From Mobula hypostoma (Eukaryota), in contig NC_086097.1 in NCBI RefSeq assembly GCF_963921235.1, positions 96,846,001-96,910,000 of the forward strand: a stretch of 64,000 bases of DNA, written 5' to 3'. Within the stretch, counting starts at the first letter, position 1, and every line of letters starts with the position of its first letter. Shown here one piece after another: positions 12,305 to 23,481 of this stretch. Position numbers and translations under genes: made by a program. A model generated the notes under the pieces. That model made no database searches. It was not told the origin of the DNA and saw only the letters and a program-made list of their open reading frames with translations.

Positions 12305-13980
12305 CTGTTCAAGTGAAAAGAGTGTTAAAGAACCAGTGATTTAACAACAGTTTAAGAGAGAAGGTGATGGACTAAGTGTCCAGCCTTGGTCCTAGACATG
12401 GATTTGGTTTGGAAGGGGCAGAAACCTTTATTGGATGAAGCTGTTCAAAACGAGATACCTGGGGAGTGTAATTCAAACACTAATGATCTAATACTGACTC
12501 AGACTAAATTGGTTATCCTCATCTGAATGAACAGCATTAAAGAACCTGGGCATTGCTTGCCAGTTAAATTATGATGCATCATTCAGAACGTGGCGGACAG
12601 GGACAGTGTGAGGCTCTGCAAAAGGCTGGTTGATGGGGAGGTGGCAATGTGGAGGTGGGTATTGAATGGGGTCTAAAACCAAAGCAGTTATGCTTTGTGA
12701 TTTCATCAGTTCACTCAATTAAATTTCATGGCAAGGTGAGTTTTGGAATTCCCACCAGCTGAGTCAAAGCAAGAGATACTTTTTTATTTTGCATTCACAG
12801 GATCTGAATACTACTGGTGAGACCATCTGGAGTCCTGTGTGGCGAAGTATTCCATAGGTTCACTTCCCTCTGAGTGAAGAAATTTCATCACCTCATCCCA
12901 ATTGTCTAACTAAATATTTCAAGACTGTGACTTCTTCCAGACAAACCCTGGTGCACTCATTTTCAGGAAAGCATTTTTCTTGCACCAGTCTGTCGAGTCC
13001 TATCTCAACAGTTCCATAAAATACCCTCGTTCTCATAGACTTTGGTGAATACAGATATACCTGACCAAACTCTCCTCTTACAACTGTCCTGGCAGGAATC
13101 TGATTCACAAAACTTTGTCTCTTCATTCTTTGGCAAGTACAGCTTGAAACTCTTAGGAGTAGCATTCTGTGGACCAAGAATACTCGTAGTCCTGCATGTC
13201 TTGAAACTAGTGCCATTACTCTGCAGAACAGCCTTACAGGGTCGCTGTATTAGCAATGTAAATTAGCAAAACTTCTCTGTGTTGGCAACATTTGAGAAAT
13301 GAAATAGAAATCTGCTCTTATGGAATTGATGTTTCAAACCAAAACGCAAAATATATACAGAGGACTGAATTAATTTACTGAAGACACATCTGCAGCTTGC
13401 TGGTTCACAGCAGAACGCCACTGAAGTGATTTGCTTTGGAAACTGACCAGGCAATCTCTTCTATTGATACTCATTCACAGTGAAAGGCATTTATGCTGGA
13501 TGTGCAGAATGAGCTGGCAAGCCTATGTGTTAGGCATTTATTTATACATTACAGGGCGTCCTTGGGGCATTTGTTCCAGTCCAGCATCAGTTTGGTTTGA
13601 AGGGTGTAGGACTCAATCTGTATGTCCCTTCTTAGAGAAGGAGACCATAGCTGCACCCAGTGCTCAGATATAGGTCTGACAATACACTGAATAATTGTAG
13701 CAAGATATCCTTGTTCCTATCTCTTTTAGATGAGAACAACCAATCATTTGAATCCTTTACATCCCGCTGCACCTGTATGTTTGATTCAGATTTCCAGCAT
13801 CTGTAGATTTTTTAAAATGTTTGTTTGATCTTATTACTGGTCTACAGTGACTCCCAAACTGCTGAGTGCATCTTTATTTCCCAATGACTTTCAACGTGAA
13901 AGTTACGCTTTTTATTCACTCAAGCCTTTCGATCATCAGTTTCATTGTTCTTAAAAAACGAGCAGATAAGATGACTGTAC

Positions 13981-14085
13981 CTTCCATTGCAGTTTGATGG
14001 TTGATATTTAAAGAACAATTCCCCCAAAAAAAGAATGTCTATCAATTCTTGCAATTGAACTGATTCATTGGAATTTTGACTTAGA
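13981..14085 (-). pseudogene. Exon A copy 2; acceptor mutated AG>CG, with an in-frame alternative AG 6 nt inside
   Basis: tttacCG|tctaAG|tcaaaat. The frame is open (LSQNSNESVQLQELIDILFLGELFFKYQPSNCNG). Confidence 0.5.
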
Positions 14086-14738
14086 CGGTAAAGAAATAAA
14101 GAAAACAAATAATTAATAAATGTGTCTTAAGATACAGAAATCTTGGGAGCACCAATGTGTGTTATTGCAATTTGGAAGGATGTAAACTTTGAAGAACACT
14201 TGGTTAAGGGGTCAGTGAAGTCAATAAACCGTGGAAACTCAGGATTTTCACTATGAAGGGCAGAAGATTGAACACTTCTTTCAAATAACCTTACAACGTC
14301 ATGAAGGGTGTGTTGACAGGAAATAAATGGAAGTTATTCCATGGGCACAAGGATTGTAACTTTAATGTTATTTTAAAATAAAGTAATGTTAAAGCCTGTT
14401 GAATGGCACACACCTGGGTGATGCATCACTGCCCTCTGGAGAGAACCATTTGTGTCCTGAATAAGTTCCCACACTGACTGGATTATTCTTGTCCCATGTA
14501 GCAAGTTGGACTGAAATGCTTCTGTTTGCAAGGCGTCCAGACAGTTCATTCTATCCATCAGCCGATTGGACAGTGTTGATGGAAAGATAAATCGAGTTAC
14601 AGGGTGTGGATCCAGTGACATGAATGAACAATAACACATTTCTATCAGCCTTGTGTGTGCAGAAGGCACTGTTCCCTTATTTTTGCTGCCCTGGTGTGTG
14701 GCAGATGCAGTGTAGAATCTTATACACGTATTCCTTAC

Positions 14739-14858
14739 CTTAGATCATGTATATGCAGCATCATTTGCATACATTCGATGTTTATAAGGCATGCTTTATT
14801 CTCCAGTGATTTAATCAATGTATTATTTGCCCCACTTGTAAAATCTGAAGAAGAACAT
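14739..14858 (-). CDS. Exon B copy 3 (120 nt, open)
   Basis: AG and GTAAG intact. Reads CSSSDFTSGANNTLIKSLENKACLINIECMQMMLHIHDL. Confidence 0.55.
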
Positions 14859-16530
14859 CTGTTCAAGTGAAAAGAATGATAAAGAACCAGTGATTCAAAA
14901 ACAGTTTTAAAGAGAAGGTGATGGACTAAGTGTCCAGTCTTGGTCCTGGACATGGATTTGGTTTGGAAGGGGCAGAAACCTTTATTGGATGAAGGTGTTC
15001 AAAACGAGATACCTGGGGAGTGTAATTCAAATACTAATGATCTAATACTGACTCAGAATAAATTGGATATCCTCATCTGAATGAACAGCACTAAAGAACC
15101 TGGCTATTGCTTGCCAGTTAAAGCTATGGTGCATCATTCAGAACTAGGTGGCGGACAGGGACAGTGTGAGGCTTTACAAAAGGCTGGTTGATGGGAAGGT
15201 GGCAATGTGGAGGGGTGTATTGAATGGGGTCTAAAACCAAAGAAGTTATGCCTTGTGATTTCATCAGTTCACTCAGTTAAATTTCATGACAAGGTGAGTT
15301 TTGAAATTTCCACCAGCTGAGTCAAAACAAGAGATTTTTTTTTATTCTACATTCACTGGATCGGAATACTACTGGCAAGACCATCTAGAGTCCTGTGCGG
15401 CAAAGTATTCCATAGGTTCACCTCCCTCTGAGTGAAGAAATTTCATCACCTCAGTCCAATTGTCTAACTAAGTATTTCAAGAATGTGACTTCTTAACCCA
15501 GACAAACCCTGGTGCCCTCATTTTCAGGAAAGCATCTTTCTTGCACCAGTCTGTTGAGTCCTATCTCAACAGTTCCATAAAATACCCTCGTTCTCATAGA
15601 CTTTGGTGAATACAGATATACTTGACCAAACTCTCCTCTTACAACTGTCCTGGCAGGAATCTGATTTGTAAAACTTTGTCTCTTCATTCTTTGGCAAGTA
15701 CAGCTTGAAACTCTTAAGAACAGCATTCTGTGGACCGAGAATACTCGTAGTCCTGCATGTCTAGAAACTGGTGCCATTACTCTGCAGAACAGCCTTACAG
15801 GGTCGCTGTATTAGCAATGTAAATTAGCAAAACTTCTCTGTGTTGGCAACATTTGAGAAATGAACTAGGAACCTGCTTTTATGGAACTGATGTTTCAATA
15901 CAAAACACAAAATATATACAGAGGACTGAATTAATTTACTGAGGACACATCTGCAGCTTGCTGGTTCACAGCAGAAGGCCACTTAAGTGATTTGCTTTGG
16001 AAACTGACCAGGCAATCTCTTCTATTGATACTGATTCACAGTCAAAGGCAACTGTGCAGGATATGCAGTATGAGCTGGCAAGCCTATGTGTTAGGCATTT
16101 ATTTATACATTACAGGGTGTCCTTGGGGCATTTGTTCCACTCCAGCATCAGTTTGGTTTGAAGGGTGTAGGACTCGATTTGTATGTCCTTTCTTAGAGGA
16201 GACCATTGCTGCACCCAGTGCTTTAGCTATAGGTCTGACAATACACTGAATAATTGTAGCAAGATGTCCTTGTTCCTATCTCTTTTAGATGAGAACAAAC
16301 AATCATTTGTATCCTTTACATCCCGTATGTTTGATTCAGATTTCCAGCATCTGTAGATGTTTTAAAATGTTTGTTTGATCTTATTACTGGTCTATAGTGA
16401 CACCCAAACTGCTGAGTGCATCTTTATTTCCCAATGTCTTACAACGTGAAAGTTACGCTTTTTATTCACTCAAGCCTTTCAATCATCAGTTTCATTGTTT
16501 TTAAAAAACGAGCAGATAAGATGACTGTAC

Positions 16531-16636
16531 CTTCCATTGCAGTTTGATGGTTGATATTTAAAGAACAATTCCCCAGAAAGAAAGAATGTCTATCAATTCT
16601 TGCAATTGATCTGATTCATTGGAATTTTGATTTAGA
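16531..16636 (-). pseudogene. Exon A copy 3, inactivated
   Basis: Acceptor AG>CG and a +1 insertion (106 nt). Confidence 0.55.
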
Positions 16637-17289
16637 CGGTAAAGAAAAAAAAGAAATAAATAATTAATAAATGTGTCTTAAGATACAGATATCTTGGGAG
16701 CACCCATGTGTGTTATTGCAATTTGGAAGGATGTAAACTTTGAAGAACACTTGGTTAAGGGGTCAGTGAGGTCAATAAACCATGGAAACTCAGGATTTTC
16801 ACTATGAAGGGCAGAAGATTGAACAATTCTTTCAAATAATCTTACAAAGTCATGAAGGGTGTGTTGACAGGAAATAAATGGAAGTTATTCCATGGGCACA
16901 AGGATTGTAACTTTAATGTTATTTTAAAATAAAGTAATGTTAAAGCCTATTGAATGGCACACACCTGGGGGATGCATCACTGCCCTCTGGAGAGAACCAT
17001 TTGTGTCCTGAATAAGTTCCCACACTGATTGGATTATTCTTGTCCCATGTAGCAAGTTGGACTGAAATGCTTCTGTTTGCAAGCCGTCCAGACAGTTCAT
17101 TCTATCGATCAGCCGATTGGACAGTGTTGATGGAAAGATAAATCGAGTTACAGGGTGTGGATTCAGTGACATGAATGAACAATAACACATTTCCATCAGC
17201 CTTGTGTGTGCAGAAGGCACTGTTCCCTTATTTTTGCTGCCCTGGTGTGTGGTAGATGCAGTGTAGAATCTTTAACACGTTTTCCTTAC

Positions 17290-17409
17290 CTTGTATCATG
17301 TATATGCAGCATCATTCGCATACATTCGATGTTTATAAGGCATGCTTTATTCTCCAGTGATTTAATCAATCTATTATTTGCCCCACTTGTAAAATCTGAA
17401 GAAGAACAT
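17290..17409 (-). CDS. Exon B copy 4 (120 nt, open)
   Basis: AG and GTAAG intact. Reads CSSSDFTSGANNRLIKSLENKACLINIECMRMMLHIHDT. Confidence 0.55.
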
Positions 17410-19084
17410 CTGTTCAAGTGAAAAGAATGATAAAGAACCAGTGATTTAACAACTGTTTTAAAGAGAAGTTGATGGACTAAGTGTCCAGTGTTGGTTTGGA
17501 CATGGATTTTGTTTGGAAGAGGCAGAAACCTTTATTGGATGAAGCTGTTCAAAACGAGATACCTGGGGAGTGTAAATTAAATACTAATGATCTAATACTG
17601 ACTCAGAATAAATTGGATATCCTCATCTGAATAAACAGCACTAAAGAACCTGGCTATTACTTGCCAGTTAAATTATGATGCATTATTCAGAATGTGGTGG
17701 ACAGGGACACTGTGAGGCTTTACAAAAGGCTGGTTGATGGGAAGGTGGCAATGTGGAGTGGGGAATTCAATGGGGTCTAAAACCGAAACAATCATGCCTT
17801 GTGATTTCATCAGTTCACTCAATTAAATTTCATGATAAGGTGAGTTTTGGAATTCCCACCAGCTGAGTCAAAGCAAGGGACACTTTTTTATTTTACAGTC
17901 ACAGGATCTGAATACCACTGGAGAGACCATCTAAAGCCCTGTGTGGCAAAGTATTCCATAGGTTCACCTCCCTCTGAGTGAAGAAATTTCATCACCTCAG
18001 TCCAATTGTCTAACTAAATATTTCAAGACTGTGACTTCTTAACCCAGACAAACCCTGGTGCCCTCATTTTCAGGAAAGCATCTTTCTTGCACCAGTCTGT
18101 TGAGTCCTATCTCAACAGTTCCATAAAATACCCTCGTTCTCATAGACTTTGGTGAATACAGATATACCTGACCAAACTCTCCTCTTACAACAGTCCTGCC
18201 AGGAATCTGATTCGTAAAATTCTGTCTCTTCATTCTTTGGCAAGTACAGCTTGAAACTCTTAAGAGTAGCATTCTGTGGACCGAGAATTCTCGTAGTCCT
18301 GCATGTCTTGAAACTGGTGCCATTACTCTGCAGAATAGCCTTACAGCGTCGCTGTATTAGCAATGTAAATTAGCAAAACTTTTCTGTGTTGGCAACATTT
18401 GAGAAATGAAATAGAAATCTGCTCTTATGGAATTGACGTTTCAAACCAAAACGCAAAATATATACAGAGGACTGAATTAATTTACTGAAGACACATCTGC
18501 AGCTTGCTGGTTCACAGCAGAACGCCACTGAAGTGATTTGCTTTGGAAACTGACCAGGCAATCTCTTCTATTGATACTCATTCACAGTGAAAGGCATTTA
18601 TGCTGGATGTGCAGAATGAGCTGGCAAGCCTATGTGTTAGGCATTTATTTATACATTACAGGGCGTCCTTGGGGCATTTGTTCCAGTCCAGCATCAGTTT
18701 GGTTTGAAGGGTGTAGGACTCAATCTGTATGTCCCTTCTTAGAGAAGGAGACCATAGCTGCACCCAGTGCTCAGATATAGGTCTGACAATACACTGAATA
18801 ATTGTAGCAAGATGTCCTTGTTCCTATCTCTTTCAGATGAGAACAAGCATTTGTATCCTTTACATCCCGCTGCACCTGTATGTTTGATTCAGATTTCCAG
18901 CATCTGTAGATGTTTTAAAATGTTTGTTTGATTCTAATTACTGGTCTATAGTGACACCCAAATTGCTGAGTGCATCTTTATTTCCCAATGACTTGCAACG
19001 TGAAAGTTACGCTTTTTATTCACTCAAGCCTTTCAATCATCAGTTTCATTGTTTTTAAAAAACGAGCAGATAAGATGACTGTAC

Positions 19085-19190
19085 CTTCCATTGCAGTTTG
19101 ATGGTTGATATTTAAAGAACAATTCCCCAGAAAGAAAGAATGTCTATCAATTCTTGCAACTGAACAGATTCATTGGAATTTTGATTTAGA
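19085..19190 (-). pseudogene. Exon A copy 4, inactivated
   Basis: Acceptor AG>CG and the same +1 insertion as copy 3 (106 nt). Confidence 0.55.
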
Positions 19191-19843
19191 CGGTAAAAAA
19201 AATAAAGAAATAAATAATTAATAAATGTGTCTTAAGATACAGAAATCTTGGGAGCACCCATGTGTGTTATTGCAATTTGGAAGGATGTAAACTTTGAAGA
19301 ACACTTGGTTAAGGGGTCAGTGAAGTCAATAAACCATGGAAACTCAGGATTTTCACCATGAAGGGCAGAAGATTGAACAATTCTTTCAAATAATCTTACA
19401 AAGTCATGAAGGGTGTGTTGACAGGAAATAAATGGAAGTTATTCCATGGGCACAAGGATTGTAACTTTAATGTTATTTTAAAATAAAGTAATGTTAAAGC
19501 CTGTTGAATGGCACACACCTGGGTGATGCATCACTGCCCTCTGGAGAGAACCATTTGTGTCCTGAATAAGTTCCCACACTGACTGGATTATTATTGTCCC
19601 ATGTAGCAAGTTGGACTGAAATGCTTCTGTTTGCAAGCCGTCCAGACAGTTCATTCTATCGATCAGCCGATTGGACAGTGTTGATGGAAAGATAAATCGA
19701 GTTACAGGGTGTGGATCCAGTGACATGAATGAACAATAACACATTTCTATCAGCCTTGTGTGTGCAGAAGGCACTGTTCCCTTATTTTTGCTGCCCTGGT
19801 GTGTGGCAGATGCAGTGTAGAATCTTTTACACGTATTCCTTAC

Positions 19844-19962
19844 CTTAGATCATGTATATGCAGCATCATTCGCATACATTCGATGTTTATAAGGCATGCT
19901 TTATTCTCCAGTGATTTAATCAATGTATTATTTGCCCCACTTGTAAAATCTGAAGAAGACAT
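19844..19962 (-). pseudogene. Exon B copy 5, 1-nt deletion (119 nt)
   Basis: Splice sites intact, but gaagaagacat replaces the gaagaagaacat seen in copies 3 and 4. Confidence 0.5.
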
Positions 19963-20716
19963 CTGTTCAAGTGAAAAGAATGATAAAGAACCAGTGATTC
20001 AAAAACAGTTTTAAAGAGAAGTTGATGGACTAAGTGTCCAGTCTTGGTCCTGGACATGGATTTGGTTTGGAAGGGGCAGAAACCTTTATTGGATGAAGCT
20101 GTTCAAAATGAGATACCTGGGGAGCGTAATTCAAATACTAATGATCTAATACTGACTCAAACTAAATTGGTTATCCTCATCTGAATGAACAGTGATAACG
20201 AACATGGCCATTGCTTGCCAGTTAGATGATGGTGCATCATTCGGATATTGGCGGGGGACAGGGGCAGTGTGAAGCTCTGCAAAAGGCTGGTTGATGGGAA
20301 GGTGACAATGTGGAGTGGGGTATTGAATGGGGTCTAAAACCAAAGCAGTGATGCCTTGTGATTTCATCAGTTCACTCAATTAAATATCATGATAAGGTTT
20401 TTGGAATTCCCACCAACTGAGTCAAAGCAAGGGATACTTTTTTATTTTACATTCACAGGATCTGAATATTATTGGCAAGACCACCTAAAGCCCTGCGTGG
20501 CAAAGAATTCCATAGGTTCACCTCCCTCTAAGTTAAGAAAATTCTTCACATTAGTCCAATTGTCTAACTAAATGTAGAAGGATGTAAAAGCTCAGAAATC
20601 AAACAGAAAAGACACACTCTAAGGACCCAGGGATGATGGAGCAGCAATATCATCCAGAACAAAGTGACTCGTAATTGGCAATCTGTCCATTAACTTCATA
20701 GATGTTTGTGACTAAC

Positions 20717-20749
20717 CTGCCTTCAGTTGATGGGAATTGGTGAAATTTG
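20717..20749 (-). CDS. Candidate 33-nt phase 2-2 mini-exon upstream of the array
   Basis: ttcttggttcctttcttaagtattttcAG ... ggcag|GTTAGT. Reads KFHQFPSTEG. Confidence 0.35.
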
Positions 20750-21056
20750 CTGAAAATACTTAAGAAAGGAACCAAGAATAACAGAAGGATGAGTTAGATG
20801 CTGCAGTATTTTGTTTTTCTATTGTTTGAGCTCATTCAAATATATTAAAGGTATATAAAATTCTTTCCTTTTATAACTTTGGATAATTTGGTTTATTTTA
20901 AATATTCATATAACATTTATTTTTTAGGATGCATGCACCAAAAACATCCAGCAATTCATAAGTGTTGCATAAATTTTAAAAATCTATCAAACTGCCAAAG
21001 TTTGCAATACCTCAGTATTCAGATTAGTAGAAAAAGTGGTAACGGGAATAGCATTC

Positions 21057-21466
21057 TGTAGCGGTGTGCTAAACACAGCGCTAGAATAACCACACGGAGT
21101 CGGCGAGTTGGAGTTGCGATAAAGAGATTTATTCAAACTTCGCGGCCTGCTTTTAAGCCTTCCCGTTCCCGCCCTTCCTGGGGCGGGATTGCTGTGGGGA
21201 ATGCATATTCCCAGACCCTTCCCGCGAGCGGGATTTTCCCCCTGCTGGTGAAGATGGCCTGGCGCTCTTTTTGAGGCGGGCCTCTCTGCCGGTGTGCGCC
21301 GGTTCGTGTGTGCTAGAAACACACATAAAAGTTGCTGGTGCACCTCTTCCTAGAGATGCTGCCTGGCCTGCTGCGTTCACCAGCAACTTTTATGTGTGTT
21401 GTTTGAATTTCCAGCATCTGCAGAATTCCTGTTGTTTGCGTGGGTGCTAGAAAGTGGGTCGCCACA
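21057..21466 (-). mobile_element. Solo LTR (TG...CA) with 4-bp TSD ATTC, containing a PLE insertion
   Basis: attc|TGTAGCG...CGCCACA|attc, with AATAAA on the minus strand near 21130. Confidence 0.8.
21320..21438. mobile_element. Short PLE pLTR insertion with a partial inverted repeat and ~15-bp TSD
   Basis: cgtgtgtgctagaaa (21305-21319) and cgtgggtgctagaaa (21439-21453) flank PLE terminal sequence. Confidence 0.8.
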
Positions 21467-22043
21467 ATTCAAAGCGATGCTCCTGTTATGGTTGAAATAA
21501 CGTAGCGGAGGGCGCTGCAAACACCATAATTTAACGCAAGCCATTTTGTTAAACACAGGCTATCCTGAGATAGTTTACGTACAAAGCAGGAAATTGCCTT
21601 TTCTCATTTATTCCTTCTACTGTAGGGTTACGAAATTTGGAAAAATGTACATAATTCAGAAACACTAACATAGTGTTTCGCTGCAAGAGGATAGTGTGAT
21701 GTAATGACATGTTAAGCAAGGATTTTTAGCACGTTTATCTGTTCAGATTTTGGAGTTCAATAAAATGTACTACGGGTTTCATTAAACATAAAACGCTTCA
21801 CTTTGTTTTAATTTGTGAACACCAACACTACCACCCCTATTTAATATTATTCTCAAACATAGCGAAAGGTGTCGTTGGGCTAGTAGCTTCTTGTCTTGCC
21901 GAGGACCGTGAAATATCCTGATATTGGACAGTCTTTTACACTTGTTGTGAGGCACATAGTTAAACAAGAGTGTCAATGATAAATCTTAATTAATGGAGTG
22001 GTGTATCACTGCGTCCCCACCCTCCTCCATTGTCCACACTCAC

Positions 22044-22100
22044 CGAAGTTGATGAAATCTCATATTTCAAAGCTGATATAGTCCAATAAAACTTCATGAT
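22044..22100 (-). CDS. Candidate 5' exon (57 nt) of the USP-like gene
   Basis: cttattgaacAG ... ttcg|GTGAGT is a consensus donor. Only one frame is open (IMKFYWTISALKYEISSTS, phase 0), and it does not join directly to the phase-2 exons. Confidence 0.3.
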
Positions 22101-22199
22101 CTGTTCAATAAGTACAGATTACAAATCACAGCACACACTTTAGAATTTACCTCTGATGATTCTTCATTTAATGTTTGTTGCAGACTAGTTTTCTGAAAA

Positions 22200-22290
22200 A
22201 CAGCTTCGGTGGCTGGCAATTATATCCGGTTAGGTAGCGCATGCGTATAGACTCGTTGACGCCGCAGGGTGTTACGTTTTCCGAATTGCT
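22200..22290. promoter_or_regulatory. Small CpG-enriched patch with an NRF1-like GCGCATGCG motif (22237-22245); candidate promoter
   Basis: Local CpG cluster in unique sequence, just upstream of the minus-strand candidate exons. Confidence 0.3.
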
Positions 22291-22725
22291 TGTTCTTAAT
22301 ATTGAGGGGAACTAGTTGAGGGGTGAAATGATGGGAGAGTGGGAAAACATGGAGAGGAGTGACACATTTATAATATTTTGAGGAAGTTTTGAGTTTGAAT
22401 GGAATTTTTAAAAAAATTGCCAGCCAACAGTTAGTGAACGATCTACAACCTCAAAAATGTTCAAAAGTAAATGTACTATTAAAAGTACATATATGTCACC
22501 ATATACAAACCTGAGAGTAATTTTCTTCCAGGCATACTCAATAAATCTGTAATAGGATAATAACCATAATAGAATCAATGAAAGACCACACCAACTTGGG
22601 CATTCCATCAGTGTTCAAAAGACAACAAACTGCAAATACTAAAAGAAAGAAATAATAATATTAGCAACACACATCAAAGTTGCTGGTGAACGCAGCAGGC
22701 CAGGCAGCATCTCTAGGAAGAGGTA

Positions 22726-22767
22726 CAGTCGACGTTTCAGACCAAGACCCTTCATCAGGTCTAACTG
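22726..22767 (-). ncRNA. Minimal type I hammerhead ribozyme (stem I mismatch)
   Basis: Reverse complement reads agac-CTGATGA-agggtcttggtct-GAAA-c-GTC-gactg. Confidence 0.7.
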
Positions 22768-23439
22768 AAGGAAGAGTTAGTAAGAGATTTGAAAGTTGGA
22801 GGGGGAGGGGGAGGGGGAGATGCAAAATGATAGGAGAAGACAGGAGGGGGAGGGATGGAGCCAAGAGCTGGACAGGTGATTGGCAAAGGGGATATGAGAG
22901 GATCATGGGACAAGAGGTCTGGGAAGAAAGACAGGGGGGGAAACCAAGAGGATGGGCAAGGGGTATAGTCAGAGGGACAGAGGGAGAAAAAGGAGAAGAG
23001 AGAGAGAAAGAATGTGTGTATAAAAATAAATAATGGATGGGGTACGAGGGGGAGGTGCGGCATTAGCGGAAGTTAGAGAAGTCAGTGTTCATGACATCAG
23101 GTTGGAGGCTACCCAGACGGAATATAAGGTGTTGTTCCTCCAACCTGAGTGTGGCTTCATCTTTACAGTAGAGGAGGCCGTGGATAGACATGTCAGAATG
23201 GGAATGGGATGTGGAATTAAAATGTGTGGCCACTGGGAGATCCTGCTTTCTCTGGCGGACAGAGCGTAGGTGTTCAGCAAAGCAGTCTCCCAGTCTGCGT
23301 CGGGTCTCGCCAATATATAGAAGGCCACATTGAGAGCACCGGACACAGTATATCACCCCAGCCGACTCACAGGTGAAGTAACATACATCAAAGTTGCTGG
23401 TGAACGCAGCAGGCCAAGCAGCATCTATAGGAAGAGGCG

Positions 23440-23481
23440 CAGTCGACGTTTCAGGCCGAGACCCTTCGTCAGGACTAACTG
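23440..23481 (-). ncRNA. Minimal type I hammerhead ribozyme, intact core
   Basis: Reverse complement reads agtc-CTGACGA-agg(gtctcgg)cct-GAAA-c-GTC-gact: stem I agtc/gact, stem II agg/cct, palindromic ACGT stem III and a GUC cleavage triplet. Confidence 0.85.

Larger units (their letters stand above)
8660..20570. repeat. Tandem array: four full units plus one partial unit, carrying exons A and B and old CR1 fragments
   Basis: The exon B 3' end (donor side) recurs at 8845, 12185, 14739, 17290 and 19844, giving spacings of 3340, 2554, 2551 and 2554 bp. Confidence 0.95.

Noticed and set aside
9558..18363. Recurrent minus-strand ORFs (e.g. MAPVSRHAGL...ERCFPENEGTRVCLG) as a repeated gene
   Set aside because: They read as decayed CR1 RT 3' sequence (LYS..RMR..GLDR..FP) lying in the introns. 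They recur only because the unit is duplicated.
8660..20570. CRISPR-like or satellite array
   Set aside because: Units are kilobase-sized with no short repeat/unique spacer structure, and the context is eukaryotic.
22151..22192. 42-nt AG/GT-bounded exon (KTSLQQTLNEESSE)
   Set aside because: It would leave a 50-nt intron before 22044-22100, too short for a typical vertebrate intron.
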